Below are positions 10,047-23,437 of a DNA stretch of 64,000 nt, in pieces. The notes under the pieces are model-generated. The model was not told where the DNA came from. It did no database searches and was given only the letters and a program-made list of their open reading frames with translations. The position numbers and the translations under genes were made by a program. Location of the stretch: the NCBI GenBank assembly GCA_963841935.1, contig CAWJEP010000005.1:5577-69576 (forward strand), in the 5' to 3' direction. Origin of the DNA: an uncultured bacterium (lineage in GTDB: Bacteria > Patescibacteriota > Minisyncoccia > Phycocordibacterales > UBA6065). The stretch's first letter is position 1. Each line of letters begins with the position of its first letter.

Positions 10047-12464
10047 AGCTTTCTCGCTACTTCTTCTTGCCGTCGCGTGGGTTCTTTATGCCTTGGCCGC
10101 ACGCGGTTCCGCGAACAAGATTCTCGAGAGCGACTATTATTTTCGGAATCTTCGTCACGCCTTTCATTCCCATCATTGTCACGCCGTCATTGTTTTTTCC
10201 TTTCATCACCGGTAAGAATTTTCTTTTCAGAGCGTCGTCGAAATCATAACCGCCGCTTGGATAATTCTCTCTATTCGCTCTCCGGAATATCGTCCGAAAA
10301 AATCCGCAGTCTTTTGGGCCTTTTCGGCGCTCGCCGCGACGATGCTCGTGTCCACGTTTGTCGGCGCCGACCCGTTTCGAAGTTTTTGGTCCAATTTCGA
10401 GAGAATGGAAGGTTACGTGACTTTGATACATCTTTTCGCTTTCTTTCTCGTCGCCGCGAGCGTGCTTTTCCGCAGCAACGTCTGGAATCTTTTGCTCAAG
10501 ACGACTCTCGGCGTTTCCGTTTACATTTCTCTTTACGGCGTGCTTCAGCTTCTCGGATTTCTTACCATTAACCAAAGCGGCGTGCGTCTCGACGGAACTC
10601 TCGGCAACGCGGCTTATCTCGCGATATATTGCATATTTGCCATTTTCTTCGCCGGCATCCTCGCCGACTCGCGAAAAAGGTCTAAAGATTTCCCGTGAAG
10701 CCATGTGGTGGTCGGTGGGAGTCATCGGCTTTGCTCTTTTACTTTTTCTTTTCGGTTTGACCCAGACGACGATTTCGTCTCCCGTTACCGCGGCGCTTGT
10801 CGTCTCTCTTATAACGCTTTTGGGTATGTCTGCCGTGGTTTTGGCGAAAAAATATTCCGTTTCTTGGATTTACGCCGCCGTGGCTGTTTTGAATTTCGTC
10901 GTTTTGTATTACACGGCGACTCGCGGAGCGCTCCTCGGTTTTGCCGCCGGCGAATAATCCTCATGGCTCTCATCGTTCTCATTGCCAGAAAGGGAAGCAA
11001 GCTGATACAGAGGAGCGCTCTTTGGCTCATCGTTGTCGTGGTCATTGGCGCCGGCGGTTTCTTTGCTTTGAAAAACAGTTCGTTCGTAGAAAAAAGTCCG
11101 GTGCTTTCGCGTTTCGCTTCGATAAATCTTTCGGATTCGGAAACGACCGCGCGATTCTATATTTGGAATATGGCGTGGCAAGGATTTCTGGAGAAGCCGG
11201 TTTTTGGTTGGGGTCAGGAAAATTTCAATTTGGTTTTCAACAAATTCTACGCTCCTCAGATTTATTCCCAAGAGCAATGGTTTGACCGCACTCACGACAT
11301 ATTTTTTGACTGGCTTGTCACCGGAGGCATCGTCGGGTTCGTGGCCTATTTCTTTCTTTTCGGCGCGACACTTTTGCTCATCTGGAAAAACGCGGAAATT
11401 TCTTTCACGGAAAAAACCCTGTTCACCGGACTTTTCGCCGCCTATCTCGATCAATAATATTTTCGTTTTCGACAACATCACGAGTTTATTGCTTTACGTT
11501 ACTGTCTTGTCGTATGTGGCCGGCGTCGGCGGTAAGCCGTTTAAAAAATGGGGAAACGAGGAGTCGGCCGTTTCCGAAAAGACCATGAGGCGCGTGGTCG
11601 CGCCCATCGTCATCGTCGTCTTTCGCCGGCATTATATATTTGGTCAATTGGCCGGGATACATAACGTCTCGGGACGTCATCGGAGCTTTGTCCGCGATAA
11701 GCGAGAACAACGCTACGTCGTCCATCACGTATTTTGAATCGGCGGCGGGAGAAAACGCTCTCGGCCGCGAAGAGGTCACGGAACAAATCGTGGAAAACGC
11801 GCCGGCGATTATCAATTCCGGTAGCCGATTTGCAGACAAAGGAAGCGTTTGCCACTTTCGCCCAAAGTATCGTCGCGCGCCAATTATCCCAAACTCCAAA
11901 CGACGCCAGAGAGTGGCTTTTCGCCGGCAATTTCTACGCCGCCGTCGGTGAAAACAATTTGGCGGAAACCGCTTACCAAAACGCCGTGACGCTTTCCCCG
12001 AACAAACAGACGATTCTTTTCAGCCTCGGTTCGCAATATATACAGGATAAAAAATACGACCAAGCTCTTCGCCGTTTTCAAACAAGCTTACTATCTTGAC
12101 CAAAGCGACACCGAAGCGCTTGGAATGGTACGTCGCCGCCGCGATTTACGACGGTCAAGACGCTTTGGTGCCTCGGATCCTCGCCTCGACCACTCCAGAC
12201 GTGGCGCTTTCCGATACGATTGCCGGCGCCTATCTAAATACCAGCAATTGGCCGTCGAGCTCATCAAATTATTCCAAGACCGCATTCAAGTATTTGCCGG
12301 ACAACGTTCAGAACCATCTTTCGCTCGTGGCGGCGTACATGAAGATGAGTGAGACTAATGCCGCCGTCGCGGAAATCCAAAATATCATGAAGCTTTACCC
12401 GAGCTACGCCACGGTCGGCGCACAAGCTATAAAGGACATAGAATCGGGTAAACCTCTTCCATAA
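10033..12464 (+). CDS. O-antigen-ligase-like (Wzy_C) membrane protein with C-terminal TPR repeats, many apparent frameshifts
   Basis: TM-rich N-terminus from the ATG at 10033. RFYIWNMAWQGFLEKPVFGWGQENF is a Wzy_C signature. TPR-like repeats lie in 11734-12464. The reading frame changes at least 7 times. Confidence 0.45.
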
Positions 12465-12468
12465 GATT

Positions 12469-13551
12469 ATGAAAGAGAAAGTTTCTTTGTCGGAGATGAC
12501 GACTTTGAAAGTCGGGGGCTTTGCGAAGTATTTTTTTCGCGCCAAGACGGAAAAAGAAATTAAAGAAGCGGTAGAATTTGCTGCTCTCGGAAAAACTTCC
12601 GATTTTGGTTCTTGGGCGGCGGTTCAAATATTCTCGTAAGTGATGGAGGTTTTTCCGGCGCGGTAATAAAAATAAAAATGAAGGCGTGTCGTACGACCCG
12701 CCTGACGGCGAGGCAGGGGAAAAAGCGGCGCGGACGGACACGTCCGCGCCGCTGCCGGTGTTTCGTGGGACGCATTTGTTGCCGAAACCGTTTCTCGCGG
12801 ATTTTGGGGATTTGAAAATCTTTCCGGGATTCCCGGAACGGTCGGCGCGACACCAATTCAAAATATCGGCGCCTATGGCGCGGAAGCCAAAGACACAATC
12901 AAATCCGTCCGTGCTCTCGATATGAGAACAGGCGAAGAAAAAATTTTTGCCAACGCCGAGTGCCGGTTCGAATATCGAGATAGTTTTTTCAAAAGCGCCG
13001 AAGGCAAGAATTTTATCGTTCTCGAAGTCGTTTTTCGAGCTTTCGAAAGAACCAAAACCGAATATTTCGTACAAAGATTTACAAGATTTTTCGCAAAGAA
13101 AGATGGGCGGTTTTCGAGAGCGTAAGTCGGAGCGAAGCGCACAAACGAGAAAATGCCGCCTTCACTGGAAGAAATCCGCAAAGCCGTTCTCGAAATCCGT
13201 TCGAAAAAATTTCCCGACTTTTCGAAAGTCGGAACGGCAGGTTCGTTTTTCAAAAATCCAATTATTTCAGTCTCTAGGTTTGAAAAATTGAAGGCAAAAT
13301 ATCCGGAATTGCCGTTTTTCGCCGCGAAAGACGGCGTGAAAATTCCTCTCGCTTTTATTCTCGACAAAATCTGCGGGTTAAAAGGTTTCAAGAAGGGAAA
13401 TGTGGAGCTTTTCCAAAACCAGCCGCTCGTTTTGATGAATACTGGCGGCGCGACGGCAAAAGAAATTTCCGAATTCTCCGCGGAAATAAAAAAAGTCGTG
13501 AAAGAAAAAACTGATATTGGTATAGAGGAAGAAGTTGTATGCATATCATAG
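12469..13551 (+). CDS. murB: UDP-N-acetylenolpyruvoylglucosamine reductase MurB, interrupted by apparent frameshifts
   Basis: N-terminus MKEKVSLSEMTTLKVGGFAKYFF. GGGSNILVSDGGF (frame of 12612). RTGEEKIFANAECRFEYRDSFFK (frame of 12922). C-terminal GSFFKNP...CGLKG...LVLMNTGGAT (13153-13551). Confidence 0.65.
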
Positions 13552-14565
13552 CCGCAGTTTTGTTTTCGATTTCCGCGTGGATTCCATACGCCACAGAGTC
13601 GAAAGGTATTCCGGACATTTTGCCGCGCGTTTCGGAGTTCACCAACATAAGTCCATTCGTTTACGACATCACAGGCACTTCGACTATCACCGACGAGGGC
13701 AGAGTCTCAAAAGGAAATTGGACTGCCGTTTTTTCCGCCGCTCGAGCCGATAGCGTGAAAATAATTCCGACAATCGTCTGGGGAAACAAAGACCAAATTC
13801 ACGCGATGCTTTCCGCTACTTCCACTCGCGCGGCGCACGACACGGCAATATGTCCATCGTCAATCAAAACAATTTTGACGGCATAGACATAGATTATGAA
13901 GGCAAATATCTCTCCGACCATTTTCTTTTTTCGCAATTTTTGTCTGAGCTTTCTTCCGCGCTCCACCAAAACGGAAAAATTTTGATCTGCACGGTCGAAG
14001 CCAAAGATTCGGAATATCAAAATATCGATGCTTCGTGCGACCAAGTGCGAGTGATGGCATACGATAAATATTTTTACGATTTCGGCTCGGGACATTTTTC
14101 GACAACCACGCCCCTCTCCATTTCCGTGACGAACGCGCCGCTTTCTTTCGACAAGTCCGTAGTTGCCGACGCCGAGAAATATATTCCGGCGAATAAAATA
14201 ATTCTCGGCATTCCGACTTATGGATATGATTTTTCATACTCAATCAAAAGTGGAATAAGAAATGTAAATTGGTATGCCGCGTATTCATACACTGACGCCG
14301 TGGCTAAAGCGAAAATATTAGGGTGCTACGATTCACACGACACCACAAGACGAAAAATATTTCGTTTACACGACGCATGGCGCAAATCATTTCGTCGTTT
14401 ATTCAGACGCAGCAAACTCTCTCCGACAGGGTCGCGCTCGCGAAGTCTCTCAATCTCGGCGGCGTCGCCATTTTCAAAATCGACGGTAAAGAAGACCCGA
14501 ATATTTGGAATAAGATTTCGGCGGCTGATAATAATGGAAAGAATCGGTCTTTTTTGTTAAGATGA
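13539..14565 (+). CDS. Glycoside hydrolase family 18 (chitinase / YaaH-like) protein, interrupted by apparent frameshifts
   Basis: FDGIDIDYE (GH18 DxxDxDxE catalytic motif) and [10 protein letters not shown] in frame 13850-14560. The N-terminal part is in frame 13539-13886 and the C-terminal [17 protein letters not shown] in frame 14323-14565. Confidence 0.5.
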
Positions 14566-14574
14566 TGAGTTCTT

Positions 14575-17094
14575 ATGGCAAGCATATTCAAGAAGATGTT
14601 CGGTTCCGGCAGCGAGGCCGTTTTCGAAGCCACGAGACCTATAGTGGCGAAAATCAACTCTTTCGAAGAGAGGATTTTGCCGCTCTCGGATGAAGCTTTA
14701 CGAGGGAAGACTGAGGAGTTTAAGGAGCGGCTCGCCAAGGGCGAGCCGCTCGACGATATTTTGCCCGAAGCTTTCGCCGTTGTCCGCGAAGCCGCGAAAC
14801 GCACGCTTGGCCAACGACATTTCGACGTACAGCTTTCCGGCGGCATTGTTCTCCACCAAAAAAACATCGCCGAGATGAAAACCGGCGAAGGCAAGACTTT
14901 GGTCGCTACTTTGCCCGCGTATCTGAACGCTTTGACCGGCAAAGGTGTGCATATTGTCACGGTCAACGATTATCTCGCCGAACGCGACGCCGTATGGATG
15001 GGACAAATTTATGATTTTCTCGGGATTATCCGTCGGCGTCATCGCTCACGACGCTTCGTATGTCTACGACAAAAAACACAGTAGCGGCAAGGACTCGTGG
15101 CGACGACGGAGGAAGAGAAAGCGGCCTTTCACGTCGCTCACGAATTTCTCCGTCCCGTTTCGCGCCGCGAAGCTTACCACGCCGACATTACTTACGGCAC
15201 GAACAGCGAATTCGGTTTTGATTATTTGCGCGACAATTTGGAATACGTCGCGGAGCGATTTGCGCCAGCGCGAACCCAACTACGCCATTGTCGACGAAAT
15301 CGATTCGATTTTGATAGATGAAGCTCGCACGCCTCTCATTATTTCTGCGCCGTCGGGCGATAGCGAAGATTTTTACAAACAATTCGCCCGCATAGCGGCC
15401 GCGCTCAAAGAAGGCGAGGATTACGAAAAAGACGAGAAGCATCGCGCGGCGAATATGACCGAGGTCGGCATAACGAAAGCCGAAAAGATGCTCGGCATAG
15501 AAAATATTTACACCGAAAAAGGCATCAAATTCGTTCATCATCTCGAGACCGCCGTGAAAGCCAAAGCTCTTTATACCAAAGACAAAGAATATGTCGTCAA
15601 AGACGGAGCAAATAGTCATCGTGGATGAGTTTACCGGCCGCCTTCAGCCGGGCCGCCGCTGGTCGGAAGGTCTTCATCAGGCCATCGAAGCCAAAGAAAA
15701 TGTGCCGATTCAAAAGGAGACGAAAACTTACGCTTCCATCACTTATCAAAATTATTTTCGTTTGTATCCGAAAATTGTCAGGCATGACCGGCACGGCAAA
15801 AACTTCGGCCGAGGAATTCCGCAAAGTCTATCTTCTCGAAGTCGTGGAAATGCCGACTCATCGCCCCGTAGCGCGCAAAGACGCCAACGACTTGATTTTC
15901 CAGACCGAAAAAGGCAAGTTCCAAGCCATCATCCGCAAAGTAAAAGAATTAAACGCCAAAGGCCAGCCGATTCTCATCGGCACGGCGTCAATCGAGAAAA
16001 ACGAATTGCTCTCGGCGTATTTGAAGAAGGAAAATATTCGGCACGAAATGCTCAACGCCAAAAACCACGAACGCGAAGGCGAAATCATCGCTCAAGCCGG
16101 TCGCTATGCCGCGGTGACTATCGCGACCAACATGGCGGGTCGCGGCGTCGACATCAAACTTGGGCGGAAATCCGACAACCGAGGCCGATTATGAAAAAGT
16201 GAAATCCGCCGGCGGACTTTTCGTTTTAGGTACCGAGCGACACGACGCGCGTCGCATAGACAACCAGCTTCGCGGCCGCTCGGGCCGCCAAGGCGACCCG
16301 GGCGAAACGCAGTTTTTTGTCTCGCTTGAAGATTCTTTGATGCGGGTTTTCGCCAACGACATGATCAAAAATATGATGGGACGATTCGGCATTCCCGAAG
16401 ATGAAGCCATCGAGAACCGCATTATCACGAAATCTCTTGAAACGGCGCAGACGCGCATCGAAGGATTCAATTTTGACGCTCGAAAGCAAGTTTTGGAATT
16501 CGACGACGTGATGAATGTCCACCGCAAAACGATTTATGGCCGGCGAAGAAAAGTTTTGGTCGGCACGGACCAGGATGTTTGGAACGAATTTCTTTTGCTC
16601 GTTGACCAAAACGACGCCGAGTTTATGAAAAAGCTCGAAGATAAGAAAAAAGAAATGGGCGAGAAGAATTTTGTCCAAACGCTTCGAATGATTTATCTTC
16701 AGACCATAGATATGTTCTGGCTCGAACATCTCGAGGCCATGGACTATCTGCGCGGCTCGGTCAATTTGCGCGCTTACGGACAGCGCGATCCGCTTGTCGA
16801 ATACAAAAAAGAAGGCCTGCGACTTTTCCGCCAACTTGAGATTTCCATAAGTGGTCAGGTGGTGGATTTGATGACGAAGCTCGCGCCCGCCAAAGCCTGT
16901 GCTTTGGCGGGCGCCGCCGTGCCGGTAAATCCCGTCAGCTCCGGCGCACGAAACGGTCGGCAATTTCCGCTTCAGGCGACAAAGTCGGCAGGAACGACAA
17001 GGTAATGGTGGAAAAAAACGGCGAGAAAAAGGAAATAAAATTCAAGAAACTCGAAGAATACAAAAAAGACGGATGGAAAGTAATTGTTGACTAA
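14575..17094 (+). CDS. secA: Preprotein translocase ATPase SecA, interrupted by at least 4 apparent frameshifts
   Basis: [19 protein letters not shown] (Walker A region). [68 protein letters not shown]. The final 30 aa reach the stop at 17092-17094 in yet another frame. Confidence 0.8.
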
Positions 17095-17112
17095 AAATTT
17101 TTAAGTTGTATA

Positions 17113-17140
17113 TTTAGACGCGAATAGTTTTTTGCGTCTA
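17113..17140. other. 8-bp inverted repeat hairpin between secA and a small ORF
   Basis: TTAGACGC gaatagtttttt GCGTCTAA. The T-run is in the loop and none follows the stem, so this is not a canonical intrinsic terminator. It lies 24 nt upstream of the ATG at 17164. Confidence 0.3.
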
Positions 17141-17163
17141 AACAATCAAAGGAAAGTCCAATT

Positions 17164-17484
17164 ATGCTCGGCATTGATATGGAACTCGTAAACCCCGGTG
17201 ATGGTAACGGTACCATTGAGCACGAAGAAGAGCTTCGTAATCGAAGGGTGAGGAAGAAAATCAAAGCGAATGAGGTGCCAGTGGATGACAATTTTCGCCA
17301 CATACACGGCAAGGAGTGCCGTTGTGTTAACGGCACCACGTGCCAGATTTGCGTCACCGACCAGGATCTCATGGGCGTTCCGAGGACGGATTTCAAGATT
17401 ATCGACCGCATGGGCGGTCCGATAGTAGATAATTTAATCATCAGGCTTAACCGCCGAGTAGCGATATTTTTCGGGTTTATGTAG
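17164..17484 (+). CDS. Hypothetical small Cys-containing protein (106 aa)
   Basis: Only open frame in this stretch. Contains CRCVNGTTCQICV (C-x-C-x6-C-x2-C). Followed directly by a canonical intrinsic terminator. No family recognised. Confidence 0.35.
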   Translation: MLGIDMELVNPGDGNGTIEHEEELRNRRVRKKIKANEVPVDDNFRHIHGKECRCVNGTTCQICVTDQDLMGVPRTDFKIIDRMGGPIVDNLIIRLNRRVAIFFGFM

Positions 17485-17501
17485 ACTCGATTCAATTCTA
17501 G

Positions 17502-17535
17502 CCGCCCTTGTTTCTTTGGAAGCTCGGGCGGTTTT

Positions 17536-17537
<2 letters not shown>
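17502..17537. terminator. Rho-independent terminator between the small ORF and eno (convergent)
   Basis: CCGCCC ttgtttctttggaagctc GGGCGG followed by TTTTTTATTTTT. Confidence 0.6.
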
Positions 17538-18807
<1,270 letters not shown>

Positions 18808-18815
18808 TCAACCAA

Positions 18816-19707
18816 ATGATTTTCGGAAAGAAAAAAACAATCGTCACGCATTCTGGTCGTTTCCACGCAGATGACCTTTTTGCTACCGCTATGATTCTTG
18901 AATATTTAAAAGGCGACGCCAATGTTGTTCGTTCTGTTGACCCGAAAATCATAGAAAAAGCAGACTATGTAATAGACATTGGTCGCATTTACGATCCGTC
19001 CAATAACCGTTTTGACCACCACCAAGGCGGAGTCGGCGCGCGAACCAACGGCCTTTCATATGCTTCAGCGGGACTAATTTGGAAACATTTCGGAGAAAAG
19101 ATTTCGGGAAGCAAAGAGATTGCCGACAGGATCGATGAAAAACTTGTCATGTCGATTGACGCTCATGATACAGGCGATGTAAGTCCAAAACCTTTTTTCA
19201 AAGACATATATCCTTATTTTCTTGATGATATGGCCGGGGCTTTTGGAAATACATGGCAGGAAACGGGACGCAACGAAACGGAGTCGTTCAAATTTCTTTT
19301 GCCTTTCGCCCGCGCGATTTTAAATAGGGAAATAACCAAAGTGAAAGCGTCTATCGCCGCCGAAAGTCTGACTTTAGCCGCTTACGAGAGGGCTGCCGAT
19401 AAAAGATTAATTATCATGGACACCTTTTTGCCGTTGGGCACTTTTGATATGAAAGAAGACGTTTTGTTTGTAGTTTGTCCCGAACCTCGTTCCGGTGGTT
19501 GGGCCGTGAGGACTATGAGGAAAAATAAACACGAGTACGGCAATAGGAAAGATTTGCCGAAGGAGTGGGCCGGCAAAAGCGACTCCGATATGGCGAGAGT
19601 TTCTGGACGTCTCTGATGCATTCTTTTGCCACATGAAATTATTTCTCGCCGTGGCGAAATCAAAGGAAGGCGCCATCGCCCTTGCGAAAAAGGCGATTGA
19701 AGCTTAA
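18816..19707 (+). CDS. MYG1/UPF0160-family metal-dependent hydrolase, with an apparent frameshift near the C-terminus
   Basis: HSGRFHADD and FDHHQ motifs. The last ~30 aa (DAFFCHMKLFLAVAKSKEGAIALAKKAIEA) read in another frame at 19617-19707. Confidence 0.65.
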
Positions 19708-19718
19708 GTTGAGTATAT

Positions 19719-20644
19719 ATGGCATTCATTGACGAAATATCGTTTCACGTAAAGGCGGGCGCCGGAGGCTCTGGTGTCGAGCGTTGGCTTCACGAAAAAG
19801 GAAAAGAGTACATGGGACCGGCCGGCGGCAACGGCGGCCGCGGCGGAGACGTCTACGTGGAAGCCGTGCGCGATATCGGATTCTCACCATATATAAGAAC
19901 GTGAAAGTTTTGGAAGCCGGCAATGGCGGCAACGGCGGAAAGAAAAGTATGGATGGCAAGACGGCGAAGATTTGGTCATAAAACTTCCGATTGGTTCAGT
20001 CGTTGCACAATCTCGATACTGAGCAGAGATTTGAGCTTTTGAAAGAAGGCGAAAAAGTTTTGATACTCAAAGGCGGCCGCTACGGTCTCGGCAACGAACA
20101 TTTCAAAGCGTCGACCAATGTCCGTCCGAAACAGACAACCGACGGCCGCGTCGGCGAAGAAGCGGATTTCCACGTGGAAATCAAACTCATCGTCGATGCC
20201 GGTTTCGCCGGTTTCCCGAACGCCGGAAAATCGTCGCTTCTAAACGCTTTGACGAACGCAAAGGCAAAAGTCGCGAGCTATCAGTTCACGACGCTAGAGC
20301 CGAACCTCGGCGAAATGCATAAATTTATTTTGGCGGACATTCCGGGACTCATCGAAGGCGCGTCGGAGGGCAAAGGTCTCGGCGACAAATTCCTCCGTCA
20401 CATCAAGCGCACGAAAATGATTATTCATTGTATCTCGCTCGAAAACGAAGACATCAAAAGCGCTTACAAAACAATCAGAAACGAACTCGAGGCTTATTCG
20501 GAAGAGCTGACGACGAAAAAAGAAATAATCGTTCTCACCAAGACCGACCTCGTTGACGAAAAAACTTTGGCGAAGAAAATAAAGGAAGCGAAGAAATTGA
20601 ATCCCGACGTTTTCTCCGTTTCGATTGTCAACGACGAACAATAA
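19719..20644 (+). CDS. obg: GTPase Obg/CgtA, interrupted by apparent frameshifts in the Gly-rich N-domain
   Basis: MAFIDEISFHVKAGAGGSG, then GNGGRGGDVY, then the G domain GFPNAGKSSLLNALTNAK...DIPGLIEGAS...LTKTD. Confidence 0.75.
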
Positions 20645-20700
20645 AGAAATTTAAAGACGATTTGGTAAAGATTTTGCGAGGGTTATAAAATAGATAGACA

Positions 20701-21314
20701 ATGAAAAACAAAGATTCGGCGTTAGTGTGGGAAAAAATAATAAGAATCGACGGAATCTATTTAAGAATTGTCGAGGAACAAAGAAATATTTGACCTACTT
20801 GCAACCAAAAAAGACTCGGCAGTTGTGCCTACCAGAATCTTACTGCAACTTCGAAAAAGTATGGAGACAATTTTTCTGACAACTGAAAAAGTAACGGGAG
20901 TTGATAATGACCCAAAAGCTATAGGTGATACTCAAAAAGTTTTTTTGAAAAAACCATCGGCTAAGATTTTGCTTGGTAAATGCTCTCGCGCTGCCTTTTC
21001 CTAATGAATCTTTTGATTTTGTAGTTTTCTTCGATATCCTAGAAAACCTTGAAAACAAGAAAATTGCAGCACTTAAAGAAGCATCTAGAATATTGAAAAA
21101 AGATGGTGGAATACTTCTAAGTAGTTATTCAGAGGATTCTTTTAAAGAAAGAATGAAAATTTATAAGCAAATCGCTGTCTTGATTGATCGAATCGAAGGA
21201 ACGAAGGTGATTTTTAATAAAAGTGTCGGTGCAAATGAATCGGAACAATTTTCAGAAGTTGAACTGGAAGCTTTGGCTAAAGCCGCACATTTAAAGATAT
21301 CGTATGTGATGTAA
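20701..21314 (+). CDS. Class I SAM-dependent methyltransferase, interrupted by apparent frameshifts; low-GC island
   Basis: VTGVDNDPKAI (frame 20768), then LPFPNESFDFVVFFDILENL...LKKDGGILL (frame 20973). A/T-ending codon usage unlike the neighbours. Confidence 0.45.
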
Positions 21315-21382
21315 TTAGACCAGATGGAAATGTTTCAAAGTCGGTAAAAAAGTGACTATAATTTCTGAGTTATAATATATCC

Positions 21383-22357
21383 ATGAAAAATCAAAAAGGT
21401 TCGGCGGTCGTTTGGATTATTATCATAATCGCTCTTGTTGTAATTCTGGGCGGAATTTATTTTTATTTACAACCAAAACAATCGGCAATTACATCTGTGC
21501 AAAACCAGGTCGCAACTTCGACTATTGCTACTCCAACCAATATGCCTGGCTGGCAGACGTATACGAATAGTCAATATGGATTTTCGTTCCAATATCCGAC
21601 GAGTTGGGGCGCACCGATGATGTCTAAAAATAATGATGAGATTTTCTTTGGCCAGAATGGCAACGCGAACGTGGTTGTAAATGTTCCCGTTACCAAAACT
21701 CTACCAAACGGTCAGTCGGAGACATTTGAGCAGGCGATGGCAAGCGTGTACAATGCTAATTCTTACAGTAAAACTCAATTCGCGGTCGGTGGTATCCAAA
21801 GTCTCGGAGTTTCAAGTCCGCAGGTTGGAGACAGCGTATATGTTCCGCTTCCTAACAATCAAATCCTTGAAATTGACGGCGACTTCAATAACCCCGAATT
21901 TATTGGAAAGTCGATTTTTTCGACTTTCAAATTTATTAGCACAGCTACATCGACCGATACGATTGGCAAGAAGAAACGCAAACTTCAGGGTGGATTTTCT
22001 TTCCAATATCCAGCCACTTATCAAGTCGGAAGTCCAGAGTCTAATTTTGAAACACTTCCAGGTAGCAAAAATATTGTGGAGCATTACGATCCTTCGAGTG
22101 ATAATATTCTCATAACCATTTATGCAACATCGACTTTAGATTTTGGTGATGCAGAGTCTGGACCGGAAACAATATATTTCGATAATACGTCGGGGGGATG
22201 CATCACATGGAATTTTCTGGTACTACAGGTGGCGTAGGAGGTCCTCATAGAACCAATGATGAACCTTTTATCAACAAAATAGTGAAGTTTGATATTGGTA
22301 GAGGTATTTATCTGCTGACGCTGTTGCGTTGTCACCCTCTTTGTTTGTTACCTTGAA
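21383..22357 (+). CDS. Hypothetical N-terminally anchored/secreted protein (paralog A); probable frameshift at a G6 run (22192-22197)
   Basis: MKNQKGSAVVWIIIIIALVVILGGIYFYL signal-anchor. ORF 21383-22237 continues plausibly in another frame to about 22357. Low-GC codon usage. Confidence 0.45.
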
Positions 22358-22424
22358 TGCTGCCGATAATGGACCTGTTAGAAGTATCGTCGGAACATAG
22401 CAAAACTTTCAAATTTACAAATCA

Positions 22425-23437
22425 ATGAACTCAGAAAATAATATGAAAAATAAAGGTTCGGCGCTCGCGTGGATAATTATTATAATCGCTATTATCGTAA
22501 TCGCCGGCGGAATTTATTTTTTTGCAGAGAGACCTAAACCTCCAGTCATAACCTCAATATCTCAGTCTTTTGTAAACGATCGTCATCATTCGGCTCATAT
22601 CACGATGTCGACGTACATGTCACTGATTTCAACCCTTATGACAATGACGTGTATTTGGTCAGCACTTCTACTGGAGCGCGAATCGCTCTTCTTACCATTG
22701 ATACACCGACTGGTGAGGCTACAAGCAGTAGTGAATTTCCCGTAATGATACTAGATATGGTAGCTGGGACGTATGCCCTTGTAGTTGAGGACAATCAATC
22801 TGGTTTAGCAAGTCAGCCGTATCCTTTTACCATTTTGCCGTCTGACGTTACTCCTTTGGGACAACAAGCAATTGTTTATCTTTCGGGCACATCTTTTAAT
22901 GTTGGAGACAAGATCACTATGGGATGGTCAGCTAGCTTTGGTGCTAAAGCGCCTATTCTTACTTTGATGAATGCTGAGGGCCAAGTCGGTAATCCTATTA
23001 ACACCGGTGCACCGGGCGATTCGTACGTCTGGACTATTCCTTCGGGAATCCAACCTGGTACGTATTATATTGAAATTAGCAATGGTCTGAATGAACCGGC
23101 GTCAAGTACGAATTTTCACTATTCTTAATACTCAATCCTCAAATTCAACTTCAACCGCGGTTACTTCTGCAATTGAAAACGCGACTATCGACCAGAACTC
23201 ACTTACAGCAAGTCCTGGATTTCCGACTATTACGGGAACTGCTGAAAATGTAAACAAACTTCTAGTCAACGTAGTTGGTGCCGACAGTACAGAACCGTTG
23301 GTGGTAAACGGGCGCTGGTCAAGTTTGTTGATTGACGATTTAAAGACAGGTAACTTATACAATAAATGTTTATGCCATAGAAAGTGCCGGCAATGGCCGC
23401 GGCAATCTTCTCACGACAGGAATTTTGATAGTAAAAT
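22425..23437 (+). CDS. Hypothetical N-terminally anchored/secreted protein (paralog B), interrupted by apparent frameshifts
   Basis: MNSENNMKNKGSALAWIIIIIAIIVIAGGIYFF is paralogous to the 21383 N-terminus. It continues through frames 22649-23128 and 23091-23400 and ends ...TYTINVYAIESAGNG...LIVK* just before the gatB ATG. Confidence 0.4.

Noticed and set aside
10057-10725. 222-aa minus-strand ORF
   Set aside because: Antisense to the Wzy_C membrane protein gene. The translation is low-complexity and charged. There are no signals.
12427-13544. Two minus-strand ORFs of 215 and 223 aa
   Set aside because: Antisense to murB. Repetitive F/S/K-rich translations.
19784-19981. Arg-rich 65-aa ORF (RRRRLRGSRARYR...)
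   Set aside because: An alternate frame of the Gly-rich Obg N-domain, produced by the frameshift.
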